Assembly (NCBI GenBank): GCA_964608675.1
Contig: CAZSOZ010000001.1
Location: forward strand, 300,049 to 364,048
Reading direction: 5' to 3'
Source of the DNA: an uncultured archaeon
GTDB taxonomy: Archaea > Iainarchaeota > Iainarchaeia > Iainarchaeales > 1-14-0-10-31-34
Length of the DNA stretch: 64,000 nucleotides
Below the pieces are notes generated by a model that worked only from the letters and a program-made list of their open reading frames with translations, made no database searches and was not told the DNA's origin. This document shows, piece by piece, positions 1 to 10,800 of the stretch. A program made the translations under genes and the position numbers. The first letter of the stretch is position 1. Each line of letters begins with the position of its first letter.

Positions 1-1
1 C

Positions 2-1063
2 CCTAAATATAAACAGGTTGAGAACACGTCTTTTGGCACTTCTTTGGTTTATATTGCTGAAATTTCTTTTGATGAAGAAAAAACTTCAAAAGAAATTGTT
101 TCTCAGATTGATTCTTTGACTGAAGGGCTTTTGTTTGACCCTGTTTATTTTGAAATAGTTTTGGTCAGCGTTCAGAAAAACGTTCAGTTTTCAAACGAAC
201 AGGGATTTGAAAAAGAATATGAATTTGAAGACCCTTTGACTGTTGCTTATACTGCGCCGGGAACAAAAAAAGGAGACCAAATTTTTGTCAGGCTTGATGC
301 TTCTTTTACTGGAAACAATTTAGTTAATTTGTTTGCTTCGGGAACAAGAAATTTAAGCGCAGAACCAAAAACACATACTTTTGATGTAAATAAAATTGTT
401 GAAGAAAAACTTCCAAGAATTGTTTTTGGAGCATATGTAAAATACAGTAATTTTGTTGAAGAAAGTGAATTAAAAGAAAAAATTCTTTCTTTAAGTAATG
501 CTGTTGACGTAAATGTTTCTGCTTTTAAACCGGAAAATTATTTTACTGTTTTTTTTGATGCCAACATTGATTTAAAATCTGATTTAAATGATTTTTTTTC
601 AGACAACAATTCTTTTGAATCAATTGCAGTTTATGAAGCAGGAAATGGTTTTTCTGCTGAAGTTTATTTTAATGAATCTTCAGATAAAAATGTTGCTGAA
701 CTATTTGAATTAATTTCAGGTTTTTTGGAATCAAAAACTGCTTCAAATATTTCTTTGAAGGAATCCAATTCTCAGGTCTTTGCATCTATTGCTTTGACTT
801 CATCTGATTCCATGCAGACTGTTAATGAATTGAATGCTTTGTTTGGTGAATTAAATTTTGCAGGAAGCCAGATTCAGCAGGAAGCAGTTGTTTCTTTTGA
901 TTCTTTTTTTTCTGATGAAGGGCAGGAGTTCATTCCTGATAAAGAAACAGTTCAAGAAGTTTTTGTTTCTCCTGAAACACAAACCGGAGAAACAGTTGAA
1001 TTAGTTGTTGAAATCGAAGTTGTAAGAGGTTCAATTGTTTCAATCAGGGCGGCTGCCTCTTGA
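2..1063 (+). CDS. Hypothetical acidic protein, 5'-truncated by the window edge
   Basis: Frame is open from position 2 to TGA at 1063; acidic, beta-rich composition; no motif recognised. Confidence 0.6.
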   Translation, partial: PKYKQVENTSFGTSLVYIAEISFDEEKTSKEIVSQIDSLTEGLLFDPVYFEIVLVSVQKNVQFSNEQGFEKEYEFEDPLTVAYTAPGTKKGDQIFVRLDASFTGNNLVNLFASGTRNLSAEPKTHTFDVNKIVEEKLPRIVFGAYVKYSNFVEESELKEKILSLSNAVDVNVSAFKPENYFTVFFDANIDLKSDLNDFFSDNNSFESIAVYEAGNGFSAEVYFNESSDKNVAELFELISGFLESKTASNISLKESNSQVFASIALTSSDSMQTVNELNALFGELNFAGSQIQQEAVVSFDSFFSDEGQEFIPDKETVQEVFVSPETQTGETVELVVEIEVVRGSIVSIRAAAS

Positions 1064-1064
1064 T

Positions 1065-1403
1065 TTATTCTTTTTTTAGTTTCATTATTGCTTCTGCAAG
1101 ATCTCCGTTTGTTTCTTTTAATGCTTTTTCTGCGTCTTCTTTTTTTGAATTGGTTTGTTCCATTACTATTTTTATGTCTTCTTCGTTCAAGCTTTTTTCT
1201 TCTTTTGCTTCTCCTACTACTGAATAAATTTTTTGCCCTTGTGCATTCATTGCTGTAACGTTTGGGTTTTCTATTGTGAGTTTGCTTCCGTCTTCTAATT
1301 CAAAAACAACTTTTACTGCGTTTATTTCTTCTGATTTTATTCCGAATTGTTTCATTAAACCCTGCATTTGTTTTGGATTCATTTTTCCCATTCCTGGAAT
1401 CAT
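1065..1403 (-). CDS. nac: Nascent polypeptide-associated complex protein (aNAC)
   Basis: MNPKQMQGLMKQFGI N-terminus, NAC domain, C-terminal UBA-like ALKETNGDLAEAIMKL; GGTGA SD before ATG 1403. Confidence 0.95.
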   Translation of the reverse strand: MIPGMGKMNPKQMQGLMKQFGIKSEEINAVKVVFELEDGSKLTIENPNVTAMNAQGQKIYSVVGEAKEEKSLNEEDIKIVMEQTNSKKEDAEKALKETNGDLAEAIMKLKKE

Positions 1404-1516
1404 TTTTATCACCTAAAATTTTTTTTTGAGTTCTTATTTAGTTTTTTTTGGTTTTTTTCCATTCAATTATGTTTTGTTCCATTAAGTTTATTAATTTTCA
1501 TTCTGTGTTTTTTTGT

Positions 1517-2170
1517 ATGTCTAAAGGAATTATTTCTTCTTTTGAAAAATTTGTTGAAGCCAACCCTGAAATTGATTTGGATTCAAATCCTCAGAGAACA
1601 AAAGCATTAAAGGATTATTTTTCTTTTGGAGGTTTTGTTTCTTTGATTTCTTTTGATAAAAGCTGGCCAAAATTAATTTATCCTTCAAAGCAGAGATTAT
1701 TATTTCAATTAAATGAATTAGAGGAAAGTAGGAAATTGTTTGAATCAAAATTAAATGACTGGAAAAAAAAGAATTCTGAAGCAAAAAATTATAAGACAAT
1801 GGTTTCAATTAAAAAATTTTCTGAGCTGGTTTACTGGAAACATTTAGCAAAAAAATTAACTGACAAGGAATACAGCAATTCAGTTAATAGAGTGAATCTT
1901 CCTGTTGAACTGGTTTCAGACAAAAAATATAAGCCGATGATTAAAACTTTTCTTGAAGACGAAGAATACAGAAAGCATTTAATTGAAGCTTTTGAGAATT
2001 CTGTTGTATACAAAAAAGACAGGGAGTTAGCAAAGCATGCAAGCAATCTTCAGGAATTCAGAAAGAGTGTTTCAGAAACAAAAATAAATGAATTGTCAAA
2101 AAAAATCGAATTAATAAACAAAAATATTTCTTGTTTAAGAGAAATGATGAAGTGGGCTGAAAATAAATAA
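1517..2170 (+). CDS. Hypothetical coiled-coil protein
   Basis: ORF with helical K/E-rich composition; ATG 1517 preferred over the upstream Phe-rich extension. Confidence 0.65.
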   Translation: MSKGIISSFEKFVEANPEIDLDSNPQRTKALKDYFSFGGFVSLISFDKSWPKLIYPSKQRLLFQLNELEESRKLFESKLNDWKKKNSEAKNYKTMVSIKKFSELVYWKHLAKKLTDKEYSNSVNRVNLPVELVSDKKYKPMIKTFLEDEEYRKHLIEAFENSVVYKKDRELAKHASNLQEFRKSVSETKINELSKKIELINKNISCLREMMKWAENK

Positions 2171-2180
2171 TTCAGCTGAT

Positions 2181-2306
2181 TCAGCCTGCAAGTGTTTTTA
2201 TTACTGCTTTTCCTATTGCTCCATTTTGGTAAGCAAAAAACAGGGAAACAATAATTACAGCAGTAAATAAAATTATAATAACTCTTGTTTTTGTTTTTCT
2301 ATCCAT
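2181..2306 (-). CDS. Small single-TM peptide (41 aa) followed by TGA-ATC-AGC-TGA
   Basis: Manual translation MDRKTKTRVIIILFTAVIIVSLFFAYQNGAIGKAVIKTLAG; fills the gap between 2170 and the Hel308 promoter. Confidence 0.55.
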   Translation of the reverse strand: MDRKTKTRVIIILFTAVIIVSLFFAYQNGAIGKAVIKTLAG

Positions 2307-2399
2307 AAATATATTATGTATAAACTCTTTTTATTTTTTTTGTTTCACCTGCATTCTGGTTTCAATTTCTTTTTATTCTTTTTTTTCCTTTTTTTTTTA

Positions 2400-4553
2400 A
2401 TGGATGTTGTTATAAAAGCAAAAGAATTAAATAAAATTGAATTCAATCCAATGCAGAAAAAAGCCTTAAATGAAGGGTTGTTTGATTCAAATGTAATTGT
2501 TTCTTCTCCTACTGCTTCAGGAAAAACTTTGATTGCAGAAATAACTGCTTTGAATTCTGTTGTAAACAAAAAAAAGAAAGTAATTTATGCTTGTCCTTTA
2601 AAGGCTCTGGCTTCAGAGCATTTTCAGGAATTCAAAAAAAAGTATTCAAATGAATTGAAGATAAGGACAACTATTTCTACTGGCGATTTTGATTCTAATT
2701 CAAAATACTTGCAGAATTATGACGTTATTTTTACTACTTATGAAAAAACTGAATCTCTTTTAAGGCATAAAGCTGAATGGCTTTCTTCTGTTGGATTATT
2801 AATTGTGGATGAAATTCACGAAATTGATTCAAACAGAGGGCCTACAATTGAAATAATGATTACAAAACTTCTTTTATTGAATCCAAAACTTCAGGTTTTG
2901 GGGTTAAGTGCTACAATTCCTAATTCAATTGAGTTAGCTGAATGGCTTAAAGCAAAATTAATTCAAAGTTCTTTTCGTCCGGTCAAATTAAGTGAAGGAG
3001 TTTTTTTTGAAAACACAATTCATTTTTTGAGAATCAAGGAAAGAATTGAATCCAAAGATGAGTCGATTGTTTCTCTTTCTCTTGATGCAGTAAAAAAAGG
3101 AAAACAGGCATTAATTTTTTGTAATACTCGCCCAAGTTCAATTGCGACAGCAAAAAAACTGGCAAAAACTATTGAAAAAAATCTTTTGGAAAAGGAAAAA
3201 ATGTTTTTGTCAGACAAATCAAATGAAATTCTTAATGCTTTAGAAACTCCCACTGAACAATGCAGGATTCTTTCTAATTTAGTTAAATCCGGTGTTGCAT
3301 TCCATAATGCAGGAATGCTTTCAAAGCAAAGAAGTATTGTTGAAGATTTGTTTAGAAAAAGACTTTTAAAAGTGGTTTCTGCCACTCCTACTCTTTCTGC
3401 AGGAATCAACATGCCTGCTTTCAGAGTGATTATTCCTTCGGTTTTCAGGTATACTGCCGGAGGCATGGCTAAAATTCCTGTCCGTGAATACAAGCAGATG
3501 GCTGGAAGAGCCGGCAGACCTAAATTTGATTCAGTCGGGCAAAGCATTTTGATTGCAGGAAACGAATTTGAAGCAGAAGAATTAAAGGAAGAATTTATTT
3601 TAGGGGACACTGAAGATGTTTCATCTAAACTTGGAATCGAACCTGTTTTGAGAACTCATGTTCTGGCTGCAATTGCAACAGGCTTTGCTTTTGACCTTGA
3701 TTCCCTTGAAAAATTTTTTTCAAAAACATTTTATGCTTACCAGTTTAACGGCTTAGAGGAAATTTTCCTGAAAATTAATTCTGTTTTGCAGGAGCTTCAG
3801 GAAATGAATTTTATTTTTGGAAACAATAAAAGCTTTCAGCCTACTCCTCTTGGAAAAAGGGTTGCTGAACTTTATTTGGATCCATTGACTGCTAAAATGA
3901 TTTTAGATTCTTTTGAAAGACCTTTAAATAATTTTTCTTTTTTGTTTTTGTTGTGTTCTGCTTACGAATTTTTTCCTTTGTTTTCTGTTTCTAAATCAAA
4001 AGAATCAGAATTATGGAGTCAGATGACTGCAGAACAAGATGAACTGCCTGTTAATTTAGAGGAATTAATGTTTTCTGATGTTTCTTTGTTAAAGAAATAT
4101 AATTCTGCTTTGCTTTTGCAGAAATGGATTAATGAAGCCTCTGAGGAAAGCATGAGAAAAGAATTTAATGTTCAGCCGGGAATTCTTCGTTCAAAATTGA
4201 TGATTGCTGACTGGCTGTTGTATTGTTTTTCTGAATTATCTTTGATTTCAGGAAAAAAATCTTTTATTCCTTTAATCAGCAAACTTAGAAAAAGAATGAA
4301 GCACGGAGTAAAAGAAGAACTTTTACAGTTAACTGAATTAAAAGGTGTTGGAAGAGTCAGGGCAAGAAAATTATTTAATTCAAATCTGACTTCAATTGCG
4401 TTGCTTAAAAAAACTGAATTAAAAAATCTTGCAGGAATTCTTGGAAAAGAAACTGCAGTAAAAATAAAAAAACAAGTAGGGCAGGTTTCAAAAAAAGACT
4501 TGGATTCAGTTAAAAACAGTTTTTCTAAGCAAACTGACTTAAGTTCTTTTTGA
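2400..4553 (+). CDS. hel308: ATP-dependent SF2 DNA helicase Hel308/Hjm
   Basis: SPTASGKT Walker A, DEIH, SAT, QMAGRAGRP motif VI, C-terminal HhH GVGRVRARKLF. Confidence 0.95.
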   Translation: MDVVIKAKELNKIEFNPMQKKALNEGLFDSNVIVSSPTASGKTLIAEITALNSVVNKKKKVIYACPLKALASEHFQEFKKKYSNELKIRTTISTGDFDSNSKYLQNYDVIFTTYEKTESLLRHKAEWLSSVGLLIVDEIHEIDSNRGPTIEIMITKLLLLNPKLQVLGLSATIPNSIELAEWLKAKLIQSSFRPVKLSEGVFFENTIHFLRIKERIESKDESIVSLSLDAVKKGKQALIFCNTRPSSIATAKKLAKTIEKNLLEKEKMFLSDKSNEILNALETPTEQCRILSNLVKSGVAFHNAGMLSKQRSIVEDLFRKRLLKVVSATPTLSAGINMPAFRVIIPSVFRYTAGGMAKIPVREYKQMAGRAGRPKFDSVGQSILIAGNEFEAEELKEEFILGDTEDVSSKLGIEPVLRTHVLAAIATGFAFDLDSLEKFFSKTFYAYQFNGLEEIFLKINSVLQELQEMNFIFGNNKSFQPTPLGKRVAELYLDPLTAKMILDSFERPLNNFSFLFLLCSAYEFFPLFSVSKSKESELWSQMTAEQDELPVNLEELMFSDVSLLKKYNSALLLQKWINEASEESMRKEFNVQPGILRSKLMIADWLLYCFSELSLISGKKSFIPLISKLRKRMKHGVKEELLQLTELKGVGRVRARKLFNSNLTSIALLKKTELKNLAGILGKETAVKIKKQVGQVSKKDLDSVKNSFSKQTDLSSF

Positions 4554-4631
4554 TTTTTTTTTCCGTCAGTTTTTTATATTCTAAAGCACTATTTTTATTG
4601 ATTATTGCTTTATAGCTTTAAAGGAATTCTT

Positions 4632-6248
4632 ATGATGAAAAAAACTTTATTGTTTTTGTATTTTTTACTGCTTTTGTCTATTGTTTGTTCTGCTGAATTA
4701 AAGGGTTTTTTGAGTATGGGAAGCCCAATTGAAGAAGAATTTTTTCCTGAAGAAAACAAAATGGTTTACAGTTTTACTTCTCCAAAAAAAATTATTGTTT
4801 CAAATATTTTTGTTTCAAGTCCTTCGGCTGAAATCAAGTATTATTTGAAAATTCCAGAAAACGTTCAAATGGAAATCTGTGATGAAAGAATGCCTGAATG
4901 CAGTTTTTCTTCAGATAACACTCAGCTTTCTGTTAATTCAACTATTTCAGGATTAATTCTTGAAAACAATTCACGGATTGCGCTTTATCATCATATTTTC
5001 CCAAGTTCTTTTGATTTTATTGTTGAAGGAGACATTAATGTTAATGGTTCAGCTTCAATTGATGCTTCAGGATTAGATGGAGGGAATTCTGATGTATGTA
5101 ATGGACTTCCTGCAGGAAACGGAAAAAATGCAGGAAACATTCAAGTAAACGGAAGCATTTTTCTTTTAGAAAATTCTAGTTTAACTGTTTTTTCTGACGG
5201 AGGTTCAGGAGGCAATGGTTCAGATGGAAGCTATGAATGCAGTGTTTTAGATGGAACAAATGGAGGCAGTCCTGGAAAAGCAGGAAATATTACTGTAAAC
5301 AATCTTGTTTTTTCTGAGAATTCTTCTGGTGTTTTTTCTGTTAATGCAGGAAACGGAGGAAATGCCGGACAAGGAGAATATTTTGTTGAAACAATTGGAA
5401 ACGAAGATGAAGTAGAGGAATGCGAAAACGAGTATGATTCATGCAAGGATAACTGCAAAACAGCCTGCGGCTGGACATGGGACAACCCGTATGTTTTGCC
5501 TTCCTGCGTTGAACCTTGTGAAGAGTCATGCAAACAGCAAAGAGATACATGTCTTGAAAATGTTTCAGAGAACATAACTAATATTTATGAAGGAGAAGAC
5601 GGACAACAAGGGCTTTCTGAAAGCGCAGGAAGAATTGAAGTAAATAATTTTTCTGCTCAGCTTAATTCAAAAATAAGTTTTTTTGCTTTAAAGGGCACAG
5701 GCAAAAACTTTGAATTGTTTTCAGATGGAAACATTTCAATGAAATCCTGCAGTAATTCTGGATTGGAGTTTGACTCTGTTAAAGCAGGAAGAATTTTTGT
5801 TTATTCAAATAATTTGTTGGATTTAATGAATTCATTTAATTCTGTCTGCATTAAACCTGACTGCAGTACTTTTTTTCAGCCTAAAATAAATTTTGATTGT
5901 CCTGCTGAAATCCAAGAAAACAATAACGCAATTTTTTCTTTGACTGGAACAATCAAAAAAAACGAAGAAAATCTTTCAGGAAAATTCAGTGAATTTGTTT
6001 TGTTTAAGGATTCAGGAAATTTAATTGAAGTGGACAGAACGCTTCCTTCACAGGACTTTGCTTTTTCTGACGGATTCTTTAATTTTTCTTTTGGTTTCAA
6101 TCAAAGCATTTTTTCTTTAACTGAATTTGATTTCAGTTCTGAATCAAACCCTTTCAGTTATGTTTTGAATTTTGTTGTTAATGCTTTTGATCCTGTTTTA
6201 TCTGATGTAATTAAAGCAGGTTTTGTTTTGGAGGAATTTGAAGAGTGA
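4632..6248 (+). CDS. Secreted glycine-rich protein with Cys-rich inserts
   Basis: Signal peptide MKKTLLFLYFLLLLSIVCS; repeated GGxGGNAGxIxV units; 8-Cys insert CENEYDSCKDNCKTAC...CVEPCEESCKQQRDTC. Confidence 0.75.
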   Translation: MMKKTLLFLYFLLLLSIVCSAELKGFLSMGSPIEEEFFPEENKMVYSFTSPKKIIVSNIFVSSPSAEIKYYLKIPENVQMEICDERMPECSFSSDNTQLSVNSTISGLILENNSRIALYHHIFPSSFDFIVEGDINVNGSASIDASGLDGGNSDVCNGLPAGNGKNAGNIQVNGSIFLLENSSLTVFSDGGSGGNGSDGSYECSVLDGTNGGSPGKAGNITVNNLVFSENSSGVFSVNAGNGGNAGQGEYFVETIGNEDEVEECENEYDSCKDNCKTACGWTWDNPYVLPSCVEPCEESCKQQRDTCLENVSENITNIYEGEDGQQGLSESAGRIEVNNFSAQLNSKISFFALKGTGKNFELFSDGNISMKSCSNSGLEFDSVKAGRIFVYSNNLLDLMNSFNSVCIKPDCSTFFQPKINFDCPAEIQENNNAIFSLTGTIKKNEENLSGKFSEFVLFKDSGNLIEVDRTLPSQDFAFSDGFFNFSFGFNQSIFSLTEFDFSSESNPFSYVLNFVVNAFDPVLSDVIKAGFVLEEFEE

Positions 6249-6252
6249 TTCA

Positions 6253-7893
6253 ATGAAAAAATTAATTTTTGTGTTTTTGATTTTGTTTTCTTCTTGTGTG
6301 TTTTCTTTGGAGTTAACAGGACTGGATTATGTGGATTCTGACAGTTTTTCTCGGACAATTACTGAAACGCAGGCTGTAATTACTTTAAAGCAGGGAATGC
6401 AGGCAACCGCGACCGCTGAATCAATTCAGAAAGCTGAAGGATTTGAAAAAGAAGTTGTTTTAATCCTTGAAGAAAACTCAAAACTTTTTAATAAAGAAAA
6501 CTCTGATTTAATTATTTCAGAAATAACTCTTGTTTTGAAAGGCGCAGACATTTATTCAAGAGGAAAAAATTTTTATGCTTCTGTTTTGGTTGTAGAAGAA
6601 CCTTCTGTGTCTTCGCCTTATTATTCCAGTATTAATTCGTCTGGAGCAGATGGAGAAACCGGAACCTGGAACGGTCCGTTAAAGGAATTAAATAACGGGG
6701 AATGCGGAAACTGCACTAATTACAATAAAGTTTGTGCAATTGATTCAGATTCCAGAAAAGCAAAAAAAGGAAAAAACGCAGGAAACATTTTAATTGATTT
6801 TGCTGAAATAAAAGCTGATGTTTCTTTTTTGAGTAAAGGAGGAAAAGGAGGAAACGGAGCAAATGGAAAGGATGAAGCTGTTATTGGTACTGGTGTTTTT
6901 CAGTATTCTATTCGCGGAGGAAACGGCGCTGACGGCGGAAACGCAGGAAAAATTACAATTAATGAATTAAATCTTTTGGATGGCTTGCTTGGCTTTAATG
7001 TTTCAGGAGGCGAAGGCGGTTCAGGGGGCTCAGGCGGTGAAGGCGGTGAAGGCGGAGATAATACTGGTGCAGGAGATGCTCATGACGGAGGCGACGGCGG
7101 AAACGGAGGCAATGCAGGAAAAATTGAAATAAACAAGTTAATTAATGTTTCTTCTTCTGAAATACAAATTTTTTCTTTAGGAGGACAGCCTGGTTCAGGA
7201 GGTTCAGGAGGAAAAACTTTGGATTGGATGGGCTGTGATGCCCAGAATGGTTTGAACGGCCAAAAAGGTTTTTCCGGAGAAGTAATTTTAACTGACTTAA
7301 AGGGAACTGCTCCAAAGCAGATTAAATCAGGAAGCATTCTGCTTGATGGTTTTCTTTCTGAAAAAATTAGTTTTTTAACAGGAACAAATTATTCTGCTTT
7401 AACTGAAAATAATTCAGGAAATCTTTTAATTAATGCCTGTGGTTTTTCCGGTGAAGGAATGCAATTAACTGAACAGGGTTTTCCGCAGATTTCTTTTTCT
7501 GCTGACATCCTTGAAGTTAAATCTTGGAATCCCTTGCTTTTGTTTGATAAAACTTTGCTGAATGCAGGAAATTTGCTTGCAGTAAAAGATGATTCCTGTA
7601 ATTTAACTCCAAGAAAGCTTATGAGGATTCCTTTTAACGGCAGAATTAAAGACAAACAGAATAATTTAGTTGAATCAGGTTCAGTTAAAGACATTCAAAT
7701 AATTAATTCTCTTACAAACGAAATTGAATTTGAAGATTCTTTTGAAAGAAGTTTTTCTAATGGCGTGTTTTCAACTTTAATTACCGCAGAACTTTATTCT
7801 AATTCTTTTTATGAGATTTCTTTTAGTGTATGCAGTGATAATGAATGTGATGATTTTGCATTTCAGTTTTTTACGTGGAAGAGGTTGTGGTAA
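6253..7893 (+). CDS. Secreted glycine-rich protein, paralog-like to the upstream gene
   Basis: Signal peptide MKKLIFVFLILFSSCVFS; GGxGGxG...NAGKIxI repeats; starts 4 nt after the upstream stop. Confidence 0.75.
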   Translation: MKKLIFVFLILFSSCVFSLELTGLDYVDSDSFSRTITETQAVITLKQGMQATATAESIQKAEGFEKEVVLILEENSKLFNKENSDLIISEITLVLKGADIYSRGKNFYASVLVVEEPSVSSPYYSSINSSGADGETGTWNGPLKELNNGECGNCTNYNKVCAIDSDSRKAKKGKNAGNILIDFAEIKADVSFLSKGGKGGNGANGKDEAVIGTGVFQYSIRGGNGADGGNAGKITINELNLLDGLLGFNVSGGEGGSGGSGGEGGEGGDNTGAGDAHDGGDGGNGGNAGKIEINKLINVSSSEIQIFSLGGQPGSGGSGGKTLDWMGCDAQNGLNGQKGFSGEVILTDLKGTAPKQIKSGSILLDGFLSEKISFLTGTNYSALTENNSGNLLINACGFSGEGMQLTEQGFPQISFSADILEVKSWNPLLLFDKTLLNAGNLLAVKDDSCNLTPRKLMRIPFNGRIKDKQNNLVESGSVKDIQIINSLTNEIEFEDSFERSFSNGVFSTLITAELYSNSFYEISFSVCSDNECDDFAFQFFTWKRLW

Positions 7894-10800
7894 TGGATTC
7901 ATTGAAGGAAGAACTTAATGCTTTGAAGGGTTTAGTTAAAAAAAAGGAAAAAAAACCTGAACAAAAAGAAGAGAAAAAACCAGAAAAAAAAACTTCTGCA
8001 GAAAAAATTGAAGAACAAAAATCATTTGATTCAAAATCAATTGAATTGCAGGAAAGCAAGAGTCCTGAATTACAGCCTTTAAAGGAAAACCCTGAAAAAA
8101 TCCAAAAACAAAATAATTTTCTTGATTCAAAGAAATTTAAGCAGTCTTCTAAGTTTTCTGAAGCTGAATCAAATTCAAATCCTGTTCTTGATTTCTATTA
8201 TTTTTTTGAAGACAAATATTATGCTTTTCTGGACAAAGTAAATAATTTTTTTCCTGTTTATAAGGTAGTTGACCCTATTGATAGAATTCTTCCTTCTTTT
8301 CTTTTGTTTTTGGGTTTAATTCTTTTAATTCTTGTTTTATTGTTTTCTGTTTTTGTTGTTCCTTTTCAGGCTAAAGCAAAACTTACTGTTCAAGTAATTA
8401 AAAAGGATTCAGGGAATCCTTTGTCTGATTTTAATGTTGTTGTTTTTGTTGACGGAGAAAAAAGTGTTTTTATTACAGATGAAAACGGAAGAATTGTTTT
8501 AACTGAACTGGACTTAAATTCAGGCATTAAAATTCAGGTTAAGGGCGTTGAAAATTATAAGGATTTCGAGCAAATTGTTTTAGTTGAAGAAGAAGAGTCT
8601 TTTTTTACTGTTGAGCTTGAAAGAAAAACAGAAATTGATTCAGGCTGGAACAGTAAAACAGTTTATTTTAAGGATGAATACGGAGACCTTGTCAAGAGTA
8701 TGCTGAGAATTTCTTTTGAATGCTCTGGCAGTAATTCAGGTTTAAAAATAAAGAATGAATCAGGTTTGACTGCAAGAACCAGCAAAGGAAGTTTGTTAAT
8801 TGAATTCAATGATTCCTGCGGTGACATTTTTGTTTCTGTTGAATCAAGCAATTACGAAAAAATTGAAGGAGAGCTTTTGTCTGGAAGCAGTGTTTATTTG
8901 TCGGCTAAAGCAAGTCCTGAAGGAACAATTCACATTAAAGTTAAATACAACGGAAGCTTGATTGACAGGAAAATGAAGTTTGCTTTGTTTAATCAGAATG
9001 AAACTGAACCAATTGACGGTTTTTCTGAGTCAAGCATTTATTCTGGTTCAAAGTCTTTTGAGTTTAGTCCTGGAACTTATTTCATTAAAGTGTTTGATGC
9101 AAACACTTCTAATCCTGAATATGAATGCCCTGATTCTTCTTCAAAGGAATTAACTGAAGGAAACGAAATTGAATTTGTTGTTGAATGCTTTTTGGCGGTT
9201 CCTGATGATTCTATTTCTGTGAATGTCTTTGACAAGAATTCAGGAAATGCAGTTGATTCTGTTATTGAATTAAGAAAGAAAACTGATTCAGGTTTTGAAT
9301 TCGTTAGAGTTTCAAGAAATGTTTCTTCTGTGAATTTTTCTGTTTCAGATGAAAACAAGTATATTGTTTTGGTTTCAAGCAGGAATTATTTGCCTTATGA
9401 AGGAACTGATTTGCTTTCAAAAGGAGATTCTCTTGAAGTTGAATTAATTAAAGCATCAAACCAGAATTCCGGCAAAGCTTTAATTAGTGTTTTGGATGCA
9501 GATAATAATCCTTCTTCAGGTGCAAAAATTTATTTGAGGTATTCTGACGGAAAACTAATGGATTTAAGAACGCCTTATTCTGTGTCTTCAGGTTTTAACG
9601 GCGAAGCTTTAATTGAGGGAATTAAGCCGGGAAATTATTATGCTGAAGCGTTTACTAATACGCAAAAAGGTTTTTCTGCTCCAGCCGAAATTGACGCGAA
9701 CTCTGTTTCCAATTTTACTGTCAGCATGGAAAAATCCCGCGGGTTTGTTGAATTAAAGGCTTTTGATTTGGATTCAGGAGATGAATTAGAAAATTTTACT
9801 GTTGAATTTTTTGATTCTTTTAGTTTAAGGAAACTTAATGAAAGCGTTTTTGTTTTTAATCCTTCAACAGGAATTTATGCTTTTGATGCAGGAGAATATT
9901 TTGCGGTTGTTTTAAAGAACGGTTTTTATTCAACTCAGACTGCAGTTTTTTCTGTTTCAAAGAATGCAAAAACTTATGTTAATGTGATGTTAAGAGAAAA
10001 AGAACAGGACGATAATCCAGTTTTAATTGATTTTATTGGATTAAAGAAGAACGGTCAACCAGTTAATTCTCTTGATTTAGGCGAAGAATATTCAGCTGAA
10101 TTCAATCTTACTTTAAAGAATGATTCTGATATGTTTTTCTTTAATTTTTTGATTGGAACAGGAAAAGAAAATTTAATGCAGGATGATTCTTTGTTTATTT
10201 CTTCTGTTTTAACTCCTTTTGATGATGCAGTTGAAGTATTAAAGTCAACTTCTTTTACTGGAAATTTTTCTGTTGACTTTAATGAAAATTCCACTTCAGG
10301 AAATGCTAAAGCTGTTTTGGTTTCATTTAATGAATTTGATAAAGCAGAACTTGATGCTGAATCTTTTATTGTTTCAGCTAAAATAAAATTAAAAGACAAA
10401 ATCCTTGATGCAGACAACTTGTCTTTGTTTTACAAGGCTTTGGCTGTGTCTGATCCTGAAGAACCTTTTTATTTCCTTGACCCTGAAGATGAAAGGGATT
10501 TCAGTTCTTTGCAGGCAAGAACTTATTCTAATGCAAAAACTCAAGGCATTAATTTGTGTGAAGAAAATTTTTGTTATTCTTTTTTGGTTGAATCAGTTTC
10601 TTCTGATGATTCATGCAAAGTAATCAGGCATGGTTCTGTTTCAAGCCTTAAAATTAATTGTCCTTATAATTTGATTTCTTTTCTTTTAAACAACAAAAAA
10701 GATTATGATTCAGTTAATTTTTTTGTTCAGAATTCTTCTTTGGAGATTCCTTCTGTTCTTTTGAATGCAGTTGAATTCAATGATTATTTGATTGAAACAA

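Noticed and set aside
2316-2399. Phe-rich N-terminal extensions of Hel308 (and similarly 1448-1516, 44469-44555)
   Set aside because: T-rich intergenic DNA read in frame; better starts exist downstream
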